A stretch of DNA of 64,000 nt, from the NCBI GenBank assembly GCA_934249265.1, contig CAKQKQ010000001.1:15614-79613 (forward strand), written 5' to 3'. Below the pieces are notes generated by a model, which saw only the letters and a list, made by a program, of their open reading frames with translations, was not told where the DNA came from and did not search any database. Shown piece after piece: positions 56,320 through 64,000 of this stretch (its first letter is position 1; the number at the start of each line of letters is the position of its first letter). Source of the DNA: an uncultured Clostridia bacterium. Lineage in GTDB: Bacteria > Bacillota > Clostridia > Christensenellales > Borkfalkiaceae. Position numbers and translations under genes: made by a program.

Positions 56320-57201
56320 ATGAACGAATTTGAAAACGGAAACGAAAATTTGACTAATGCGGAAGGTCAAACTTCCGAGCAGTCCGCTCCCGTAAAAACG
56401 GAAGAATCTGCCGCGATTACGCAAGACGTATCGAGTAATGACGGCGAAATGTGCAAGCGTTGCTTATATTCGGCGCAAGACGGAACGCCGTCCGATTCCG
56501 ATTATTGCGGGCGTTGCGCCAACAACGTCGAGCCTAAAAAAGACGAAATGACGGCAAACGGCAACGCGGTGGAAAACGGACAAAACAGCCAAGCCGCTCA
56601 AAACCAAAACAACCAATACACGTCGCAATTTAACGGCGGTAATCCTTATTCTAAAACAACCGAATTTAATAATAACGGCAAAGGCACGGCAACTCCTTTC
56701 GAGGGAGTGGGCAACGCTCACGCTTCGGCAACGCCTTTTGCGGACAACGGAAAGGGCAATGCTATTCCTTACGGCAACGGCAATACGGAAGGCAGAGTTA
56801 CCGCTTTCCCCGAAAACGCAAGCGGCGGCGGCAACGGTTTTGCGATAGCCTCGCTCGTGCTTGGCATTTTGAGTATAATATGCTGTTGTTTGCCCTCGAG
56901 TCCCATACTTATGATAGTGTATATCGTACTTCCCGTACTTGCGCTTGTCTTCGGTATTATTTCGGTTAAAAAACGCAAAAACGGACTTGCTGTCGCGGGT
57001 ATAGTCACGGGCAGTGTGGGGCTGTTCTTCGGTTTGTTGTTCTTTATATTGGGAATAGTAGGCAGTTCGGACAAAATTCTCGAATGGCTTGAAAAGTTGG
57101 AAGAATCTATGGAAAGCGACTTAGGTTCTACCGATTCCGATAGCAACTCGGGCGTGATAGACGCGATAAAAATGCTTTTCGGAAAAATTTTCAGAAAATA
57201 A
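56320..57201 (+). CDS. zinc-ribbon / Q,N-rich / DUF4190-like membrane protein, paralog
   Basis: CKRC-x16-CGRC ribbon, N/Q/G-rich linker, AIASLVLGILSIICCC plus further TMs, acidic tail. Confidence 0.8.
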   Translation: MNEFENGNENLTNAEGQTSEQSAPVKTEESAAITQDVSSNDGEMCKRCLYSAQDGTPSDSDYCGRCANNVEPKKDEMTANGNAVENGQNSQAAQNQNNQYTSQFNGGNPYSKTTEFNNNGKGTATPFEGVGNAHASATPFADNGKGNAIPYGNGNTEGRVTAFPENASGGGNGFAIASLVLGILSIICCCLPSSPILMIVYIVLPVLALVFGIISVKKRKNGLAVAGIVTGSVGLFFGLLFFILGIVGSSDKILEWLEKLEESMESDLGSTDSDSNSGVIDAIKMLFGKIFRK

Positions 57202-57208
57202 TTAAATC

Positions 57209-57604
57209 ATGAGCAAACTTACAAAAAGGCGCATTGCAATAATCACGGTTATTCTTGCGCTTTTAATTTTATGTATAATCGTTTATGTGGGCAACCCGAT
57301 AGAAAACGATATGTTTCCGTGCTCGGTTAAAAAGATGACGGGGCTTTCGTGTCCGTCGTGCGGCGGAACTCGGTGGGCGTATTGCATGATGAAATTAGAC
57401 TTTAAAAAAGCCTTTTATTATCACGCTTATCTCACGGTTATGTTTTTGCCGATTATGTATATACTCACTGCGGTTGCCGTAAACGGATTTTTCGATAAAA
57501 AAATCATTCCTTATCCAAAGCACCCGCTTGCAGAGTATATAATTTGCCTTGCGCTGCTTGTCGTGTTTACGGTGGTGAGAAACTTTATCCCGACGATATT
57601 GTAA
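57209..57604 (+). CDS. DUF2752-like membrane protein
   Basis: N-terminal TM, then CPSCGGTRW motif and two more TMs. Lies 7 nt after the previous gene. Confidence 0.75.
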   Translation: MSKLTKRRIAIITVILALLILCIIVYVGNPIENDMFPCSVKKMTGLSCPSCGGTRWAYCMMKLDFKKAFYYHAYLTVMFLPIMYILTAVAVNGFFDKKIIPYPKHPLAEYIICLALLVVFTVVRNFIPTIL

Positions 57605-58005
57605 ATTTTGCATTTTTTAAAGGAATAGAATTTCGGATTAAAGATAACCCCGCGGATAACAATTATAGACAAACCACGCGGATAATATCACGGGCAATAT
57701 AAAATGCGTGCGGATATCGGGCGAATATATCGAAAAACGAATTGCAAACCGCAACAAAAAGAGTAAAAAACAACCAAAACGGCTAAAATATATTGCGCAG
57801 ACAAACAAAAACGCGCACAAAATATTGTTTTTGGCAAAAAAAGTCTTAAAATATTTGCCAAAAAGGTTTTTAATATGTTATTATAATTAGGCTATAAAAA
57901 TTCACACTCGCGTTTTCCGCCGTTCGTGTTTCTCAAATACATTTTCACGGGGAAATAAAGGCGGTATAAGTCAAAGGCGCGGGGAGGAATAACGGAGGAA
58001 ATAAA

Positions 58006-58821
58006 ATGGCAGTTACATCAATGAAACAACTTCTCGAAGCAGGCGTTCATTTCGGTCACCAAACAAGAAGATGGAATCCGAAAATGAAAAAGTACATTTA
58101 CGGTGAAAGAAACGGTATTCACATCATCGATTTACAAATTACCGTTGACCTCATCGAAGAGGCTTACAAGTTCGTCGTTGAGACGGTTAAAGAAGGCAAG
58201 TCGGTACTTTTCGTAGGTACTAAAAAGCAAGCACAAGAGGCTATTCAACAAGAGGCTGAAAGATGCGGTATGTACTACATCAACTCGAGATGGCTCGGCG
58301 GTACTTTGACCAACTTCAAGACTATCAAGACGAGAATCGACAGACTCAACAAACTCGACGCTATGGAAGCAAACGGCGAATTCGCGTTCCTTCCCAAGAA
58401 AGAAGTTGCTCAACTTAAAAACGAAAGAGAAAAACTTCAAACCAACCTCGGCGGTATCAGAGAAATGAAGACTCTTCCCGGTTGTTTGTTCGTAGTTGAC
58501 CCCAACAGCGAAGACATCGCGGTTAAAGAGGCAAGAAAACTCAATATCCCCATCGTTGCAATTACCGATACAAACTGCGATCCCGACCTTGTTGATTACG
58601 TAATCAGCGGTAACGACGACGCTATCCGTGCGGTAAAACTTATCGCTTCCATCATTGCGGACGCCGTAATCGAGGCTAACCAAGGCGCAGACGCCGTAAG
58701 ACACAACGTTGAAGAGACCACCGAAAACGTTTCTATGGAAACAGTTGCAAACGAAGCGGCTAAAGAAGAAGCAACCGAAGAAGTTGCTAAAGAAGAAGCA
58801 ACCGAGGCTGCTGCAGAATAA
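58006..58821 (+). CDS. rpsB: 30S ribosomal protein S2 with acidic C-terminal tail
   Basis: [38 protein letters not shown]. Confidence 0.97.
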   Translation: MAVTSMKQLLEAGVHFGHQTRRWNPKMKKYIYGERNGIHIIDLQITVDLIEEAYKFVVETVKEGKSVLFVGTKKQAQEAIQQEAERCGMYYINSRWLGGTLTNFKTIKTRIDRLNKLDAMEANGEFAFLPKKEVAQLKNEREKLQTNLGGIREMKTLPGCLFVVDPNSEDIAVKEARKLNIPIVAITDTNCDPDLVDYVISGNDDAIRAVKLIASIIADAVIEANQGADAVRHNVEETTENVSMETVANEAAKEEATEEVAKEEATEAAAE

Positions 58822-58913
58822 TTTTGCTTTAAGCGGAATTATAAAGCGAAGTTTTTAAATATAACCACGTTAATACAATAAATAATCGAATATACATTTA
58901 AGGAGATAATATT

Positions 58914-59576
58914 ATGAGTTTTACGGCAAGTGACGTTATGAGCCTTCGTCAAAGAACGGGCGTTGGCATGATGGATTGCAAAAAAGCACTTATGGAAACA
59001 AACGGCGATATGGACAAGGCAATAGACTATCTCAGAGAGAAAGGCATTGCCAAAGCGGCTAAAAAGCAAGGCAGAATCGCTGCGGAAGGCGTTGTTGCTT
59101 CCTATATTCACATGGGCGGCAAAATCGGCGTTTTGGTTGAAGTAAACTGCGAAACAGACTTCGTTGCTATGGGTAAGCCCTTCCAAGAACTTGCTCACGA
59201 CATCGCTCTTCACATTGCGGCTGCAAACCCGACTTATGTAAAGGCAGAAGACGTCCCCGCAGAAGTTTTGGAAAAGGAAAAGAACATACTTCGCGCTCAA
59301 GCGATCGAAGAAGGAAAGCCCGCCGCTATCGTCGATAAGATGGTAGAAGGCAGAATCAAGACTTTCTATGAAGAGAATTGCCTTCTCAACCAAAAGTTCG
59401 TAAAGGATTCTTCCAAGACTATCGAACAACTCGTCATCGAAGCAACCGCTCAAATCGGCGAAAAGATTTCGATAAGAAGATTTACTCGTTACGAAATGGG
59501 TGAAGGTCTCCAAAAGAAGTCCGAAAATCTTGCCGACGAAGTAGCAGCACAAGTTGCAGCGGCTAAACAAGATTAA
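58914..59576 (+). CDS. tsf: elongation factor Ts (short form, 220 aa)
   Basis: [19 protein letters not shown]-like N-terminus and [11 protein letters not shown] core. RBS AAGGAGA. Confidence 0.95.
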   Translation: MSFTASDVMSLRQRTGVGMMDCKKALMETNGDMDKAIDYLREKGIAKAAKKQGRIAAEGVVASYIHMGGKIGVLVEVNCETDFVAMGKPFQELAHDIALHIAAANPTYVKAEDVPAEVLEKEKNILRAQAIEEGKPAAIVDKMVEGRIKTFYEENCLLNQKFVKDSSKTIEQLVIEATAQIGEKISIRRFTRYEMGEGLQKKSENLADEVAAQVAAAKQD

Positions 59577-59641
59577 TTTTAAACAAATCGGAGGAACAGT
59601 CTTAATAGAGAGTGTTCCTCTTTTTTTAAACCGGAGGGAAT

Positions 59642-60349
59642 ATGAGCAATCCAAAATATAAAAGAATAATCATCAAAATCAGCGGAGAGGCTCTCGGCGG
59701 AGAAAAAGGCACGGGTTTTGACCAACAAACGATAGATTACGTAGTTGACCAAATTTTAGCCGCGCACGACATGGGCATACAAGTTGCGATAGTTGTCGGC
59801 GGCGGCAATATTTGGAGGGGCAGACAAGGCAAAGAGATGGAAAGGGTCACGGCAGACCACATGGGTATGCTTGCAACCGTAATCAACGCCCTTGCGCTTC
59901 AAGACGCAATCGAAAGGCGCGGCGTACCCGTACGCGTGCAAACCGCACTCACTATTTCCCGCGTTGCCGAGCCCTATATTTTAAGAAAGGCGTTAAGTCA
60001 TCTCGAAAAGGGCAGAATAGTCATTTTCGCTTGCGGAACGGGCAACCCCTTCTTCTCGACTGACACGGCTGTCGCACTTCGTGCGGCTGAAATCAACGCC
60101 GACCTTATTTTACTCGCTAAAAACGTCGACGGCATTTACGACAGCGACCCCAAACTCAACCCAAACGCAAAAAAATACAGCGAAATCAGTTATATAGACT
60201 TTATTACGCAAGGACTTAAAGCGATGGATACGGCGGCTGTCACCATTTGCATGGAAAACAAAACGCCCATACTCGTATTCGGTTTAAACGAAAAAAATTC
60301 GATAGTAAGGGTATTAAACGGCGAAAATTTGGGTACTTGGATAAAATAA
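59642..60349 (+). CDS. pyrH: UMP kinase
   Basis: [39 protein letters not shown]-type motifs. Confidence 0.95.
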   Translation: MSNPKYKRIIIKISGEALGGEKGTGFDQQTIDYVVDQILAAHDMGIQVAIVVGGGNIWRGRQGKEMERVTADHMGMLATVINALALQDAIERRGVPVRVQTALTISRVAEPYILRKALSHLEKGRIVIFACGTGNPFFSTDTAVALRAAEINADLILLAKNVDGIYDSDPKLNPNAKKYSEISYIDFITQGLKAMDTAAVTICMENKTPILVFGLNEKNSIVRVLNGENLGTWIK

Positions 60350-60559
60350 GACAAAAACCAACTGTTTTTGTGTGTAAATTTGAGAAAATTGTATAAAATT
60401 TTCGCATAGGTACTTTTCAAAACCCGTTTAATAGTGTAAAATAAAATTATCAAAAAGCCCGACGCGTTTTTATATCGTTCGGGCGGCAAAATCGGCGGTC
60501 GGCGAAAAAGACGCGGTTGACCGCAAAAAGACATACAATAAGTAATAAGGAGAAGAATT

Positions 60560-61135
60560 ATGGCAGTAGATATGGAAAAAGTCGATATGACTCTCATGGA
60601 AAACGAAGAAAGAATGGAAAAGAGCGTACAAGTGCTTAAAGAGTCTTTCCTTCGCATAAGGGCGGGCAGAGCAAATCCGCACGTACTCGATAAAGTTTTG
60701 GTAGATTATTACGGACAAATGTCTCCGCTCAATCAAGTGGGCAACATTTCCGTTCAAGAAGGCAGATGTCTCGTAATCGCTCCGTGGGATAAATCGTTGC
60801 TTAAAGGAATAGAAAAAGCGATCCTCGCTTCCGACGTAGGCATTACTCCCATAAACGACGGCACGGTAATACGTCTTACTTTCCCCGCGCTTACGGACGA
60901 AAGAAGAAGAGAAATTTGCAAGCAAGTCAAAAAAGAGGGCGAAGAGGGTAAAATCGCGGTAAGAAACGTGAGAAGAGACACTCTCGACACCTTAAAGAAA
61001 ATGAAAAACGCAAAGGAAATTACCGACGACGAATACTCCAATTGGGAGCAAGACGTCGATAAGTCCACCGCAAAATACGTTGACTTAATCGATAAAATCG
61101 TTGCCGAAAAGGAAAAGGACGTACTCACCGTATAA
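60560..61135 (+). CDS. frr: ribosome recycling factor
   Basis: RIRAGRANPHVLDKVLVDYYG and IAVRNVRRD. RBS AAGGAGAAG. Confidence 0.95.
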   Translation: MAVDMEKVDMTLMENEERMEKSVQVLKESFLRIRAGRANPHVLDKVLVDYYGQMSPLNQVGNISVQEGRCLVIAPWDKSLLKGIEKAILASDVGITPINDGTVIRLTFPALTDERRREICKQVKKEGEEGKIAVRNVRRDTLDTLKKMKNAKEITDDEYSNWEQDVDKSTAKYVDLIDKIVAEKEKDVLTV

Positions 61136-61830
61136 TGAAAGAGGAATTTTCGGTTTTGCCCGTTCACGTCGGCTTTATAATGGACGGCAACGGCAGATGG
61201 GCAAAAAGTAAAGGCAAAAGCAGAAATTTCGGACACAGAAAAGGCTCTGAAGTAATCGAAGAAGTGTTGAAAACTTGTTTCGACGCGGGCGTAAAAACCG
61301 TAACTTTATACGCCTTTTCCACCGAAAATTGGAATAGACCTAAAGAAGAAGTCGATGAAATCTTGAGAATACTCGACAAATTCATCGATAAATATCGTCA
61401 AAAAGCAAGCAAAGAGGATATTCGTCTTTGCGTGTTCGGCGATTTTTCACGCCTTGACGAAAATATGAAAAACAGAATAGAAGCCGCGGTGGAAAGCACC
61501 AAAGGCGGCAAATCGGGCACGGTAAACATTGCCCTCGGTTACGGCTCGAGACAAGAAATCACAAGGGCGATACAAAATATCATAAAGGACGGCGTCACGC
61601 AAATCACCGACGACACTTTGTCCGACTATCTTTACACGGCGGGGCAACCCGACGTCGATTTGATTGTTCGGACGAGCGGCGAACAAAGATTAAGCAACTT
61701 CCTTTTATACCAAAGCGCATATGCGGAACTTTATTTTACCGACGTGCTTTGGCCTGATTTTAAAAAGGAAGAAGTGATAAAAGCACTCAGGTGGTTTGAG
61801 GGCAGACACAGACGCTTCGGTAAAGTTTAA
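61135..61830 (+). CDS. uppS: undecaprenyl diphosphate synthase
   Basis: HVGFIMDGNGRWA, YAFSTENWNRP, RTSGEQRLSNFLLYQ. Confidence 0.95.
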   Translation: MKEEFSVLPVHVGFIMDGNGRWAKSKGKSRNFGHRKGSEVIEEVLKTCFDAGVKTVTLYAFSTENWNRPKEEVDEILRILDKFIDKYRQKASKEDIRLCVFGDFSRLDENMKNRIEAAVESTKGGKSGTVNIALGYGSRQEITRAIQNIIKDGVTQITDDTLSDYLYTAGQPDVDLIVRTSGEQRLSNFLLYQSAYAELYFTDVLWPDFKKEEVIKALRWFEGRHRRFGKV

Positions 61831-62648
61831 TGCTTAAAAGAACGTTGACGGGCGCGGGGCTCGTCGCGGTAGTGGTGGGGTTTTTCTTACTGCGCAACAT
61901 TTCCCCCGTTTATTTTCAAATACTCGTTTTTATTCTCGCCGCGCTCGGCACGATAGAAATGCTCAATGCGTTTAAAGAAAAAACGACTTTATATCAAAAA
62001 ATAATCGTCGGCACTTTTGCCGTGGTATTTATCGAAACGTTTGCTATTTCCGGCTCGTACGCAATTTGCGTAGGGGAATTTATATTTTTCTCGCTTGCGC
62101 TTTTGTCGAGTCTCGTTTTCGAGTACGAAAAAGCCGGTCTCGAAGGTATTGGTTTCTCGTTTTTAAGCATGATATACCCGACGGTTTTGCTTTTACCTAT
62201 GCTCGCCGTCAACACGATGGAAAACAATTCGACGATTTTTTTAATGCTTATATTTATAATTTCGCCATGCTCGGATACGTTTGCGTATTTGGTGGGCTCG
62301 CTTATAGGCGGCAAAAAAATGTGCCCCAAAATCAGCCCTAAAAAGACGATAAGCGGCGGTATCGGCGGCATTGTCGGCGGAGTAACGGGCAGCATCGTAG
62401 TTTATTTTATAATGAAAGGCTCGCTCAATTATTCGCTTAGCGTTCCCGCAGTGGTTTATTTCGCCGCAATAGGACTTATCGCGTCCCTCCTTACAGAGTT
62501 CGGCGACCTTGTGGAAAGCGTTATTAAAAGAAAATTGGGCATTAAAGACATGGGCAAAATTCTCCCCGGTCACGGCGGTATGCTCGACAGAATAGACAGC
62601 ATTGTATTTGCTTGTCCGTTTATCTGTCTTGCGGGACTTATTTTATAA
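61830..62648 (+). CDS. cdsA: phosphatidate cytidylyltransferase
   Basis: Multi-TM protein with SPKKTISGG and GHGGMLDRIDS motifs. Confidence 0.92.
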   Translation: MLKRTLTGAGLVAVVVGFFLLRNISPVYFQILVFILAALGTIEMLNAFKEKTTLYQKIIVGTFAVVFIETFAISGSYAICVGEFIFFSLALLSSLVFEYEKAGLEGIGFSFLSMIYPTVLLLPMLAVNTMENNSTIFLMLIFIISPCSDTFAYLVGSLIGGKKMCPKISPKKTISGGIGGIVGGVTGSIVVYFIMKGSLNYSLSVPAVVYFAAIGLIASLLTEFGDLVESVIKRKLGIKDMGKILPGHGGMLDRIDSIVFACPFICLAGLIL

Positions 62649-62878
62649 AATAAACTTGCTTTTGCGCTTTATTTCAAAATTTGCGTTTTCGTTTACAAAA
62701 AATCGCAAATCGAAATGAATTTTACCGCCTTTTATCAAGGCGATATAAAGAATAAAAGATATAATTATTGCATATATTTAGCGGGGATAAACAAATCGGC
62801 GACTGCGCGAAAATTTACGTAAATTCGACGTAAAAATTTCAGCGATGCGCCTATTTAATCCGTTTAGTCAAGCAATGG

Positions 62879-62908
62879 ACGGACAGGAAGCAATACTGTC
62901 CGTTTTTC
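62879..62908 (+). terminator. terminator between cdsA and dxr
   Basis: ACGGACAG/CTGTCCGT stem with a 9-nt loop, followed by TTTTT. Confidence 0.7.
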
Positions 62909-62934
62909 AGTTAGTAGAATAATCGGAGGCAAAA

Positions 62935-64000
62935 ATGGTAAAAATAGCCCTCATCGGCAGTACGGGGTCGATAGGCAAACAAGTTTTAAACGTTGTAAGA
63001 AGACACAACGATAAATTTAAAATCGTGTCTTTGTCGGCAAACACGAGTTACGCGCTGATAGAGGAGCAAGCGCACGAATTTAAACCCGAGGTATGCACGC
63101 TTACCGATCCGTCGGCGGCGGCAAAAATTACTTCGCTTCCAAGCGGAACGACCTTTTATTACGGCGAAAATTCGGCACTGCACGCAATTACCGAAGATGC
63201 CGACGTTGTTTTCGTTGCAATAACGGGCTTTGCCGCGCTTAAAATCGTGCTCGAAGCGATTAAACTTAAAAAGACTATCGCGCTCGCTAATAAAGAGACG
63301 CTTGTTGCGGGCGGTCAACTCGTGATGAGCGAGGCGAAAAAAAACGGGGTAAACATTATCCCCGTTGACAGCGAGCACTCGGCTATATTTCAATGTTTAA
63401 ACTTTCAAAAGGATAAACCCTTTAAAAATTTGATTTTAACCGCGTCGGGCGGGGCGTTTAGAGATTTGACGATAGAGCAAACGGCAAAAATGACAGCCGC
63501 CGACGCATTAAAGCACCCCACGTGGTCGATGGGTAAAAAAATCACAATAGACTGCGCAACCATGCTTAATAAAGGTCTCGAAGTAATCGAGGCAATGTGG
63601 CTTTACGACGCGCCGCTCGAAAAAGTAAAAGTGCTTATTCACCCCGAAAGCATAGTGCACTCGATGGTAGAATTTGAGGATAACTCGGTAATCGCGCAAA
63701 TGGGCACTCCGTCAATGGAAATTCCCATTCAACTTGCGCTCACTTATCCCGAAAGGCTTTTCAGCGGAGTAGAGCAGTTGTCGCTTGCGGGCAAAACTTT
63801 GCATTTTTACGACGTGGACAAGGTAAAATATCCTTGCTTTAATCTCGCGATAGAAAGCATAAAAATAGGCGGCAACATGCCGTGCGCGATGAATTCGGCA
63901 AACGAAGAGGCGGTTTCGCTTTTCTTGCAGAATAAAATTTCTTATCCCGAAATTGCCGAGTTTATAGCATACGTAATGAGTAAAATTGACAAATCTGGTT
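62935..64000 (+). CDS. dxr: 1-deoxy-D-xylulose-5-phosphate reductoisomerase, 3'-truncated at window edge
   Basis: Absent from the ORF track because no stop lies in the window. MVKIALIGSTGSIGKQ, LANKETLV, PVDSEHSAIFQC, HPTWSMGKKITIDCATMLNKGLEVIEA. RBS GGAGG. Confidence 0.93.
   Translation, partial: MVKIALIGSTGSIGKQVLNVVRRHNDKFKIVSLSANTSYALIEEQAHEFKPEVCTLTDPSAAAKITSLPSGTTFYYGENSALHAITEDADVVFVAITGFAALKIVLEAIKLKKTIALANKETLVAGGQLVMSEAKKNGVNIIPVDSEHSAIFQCLNFQKDKPFKNLILTASGGAFRDLTIEQTAKMTAADALKHPTWSMGKKITIDCATMLNKGLEVIEAMWLYDAPLEKVKVLIHPESIVHSMVEFEDNSVIAQMGTPSMEIPIQLALTYPERLFSGVEQLSLAGKTLHFYDVDKVKYPCFNLAIESIKIGGNMPCAMNSANEEAVSLFLQNKISYPEIAEFIAYVMSKIDKSG

Noticed and set aside
58839-59654. 271-aa minus-strand ORF
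   Set aside because: It lies entirely antisense to tsf, whose product is unmistakable. It has no RBS and no recognisable motifs.

Overview
Chromosomal segment from a low-GC, Gram-positive-type bacterium. The evidence is Firmicutes/Clostridia-like gene order, AGGAGG ribosome-binding sites, many lipobox lipoproteins and CCA-encoding tRNAs; I cannot name the taxon. Core genes frame the window. On the left are truA (5'-truncated), rplM-rpsI, a small HTH gene, hpt-tilS and a tRNA-fMet/tRNA-Met/tRNA-Glu operon. On the right is the block rpsB-tsf-pyrH-frr-uppS-cdsA-dxr (dxr 3'-truncated). Accessory content lies between them: (1) a variable stretch after the tRNA cluster with two BspA-type leucine-rich-repeat surface proteins, unknown secreted proteins, and an AT-rich one-gene cassette encoding a TIR-like domain fused to a multi-TM module, bracketed by 63-nt direct repeats; (2) rbsK, an SGNH hydrolase and a tyrosine-phosphatase lipoprotein; (3) a LacI-family regulator with three copies of a 16-nt palindromic operator, in front of a 15.5-kb glycan-utilisation block (two giant paralogous lipoproteins, GH43, ABC importer, SGNH esterase) followed after a 650-nt repeat-rich gap by a GH2 gene; (4) tandem mgtE paralogs; (5) addB-addA followed by a membrane protein and a DEDDh exonuclease; (6) an M6-type metalloprotease, two zinc-ribbon/Q,N-rich/DUF4190-like membrane proteins and a DUF2752-like protein. 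Intergenic regions are unusually long and hold several repeat families: a 24-nt dyad TTTAC-N3-ATAC|GTAT-N3-GTAAA at seven sites, a 250-bp two-copy repeat, and tandem hairpin arrays. I saw no CRISPR array, transposase, integrase, rRNA or prophage. The best candidate for a new system is the TIR-like/TM cassette at 15080-16124. All domain assignments come from reading motifs by eye, not from searches.
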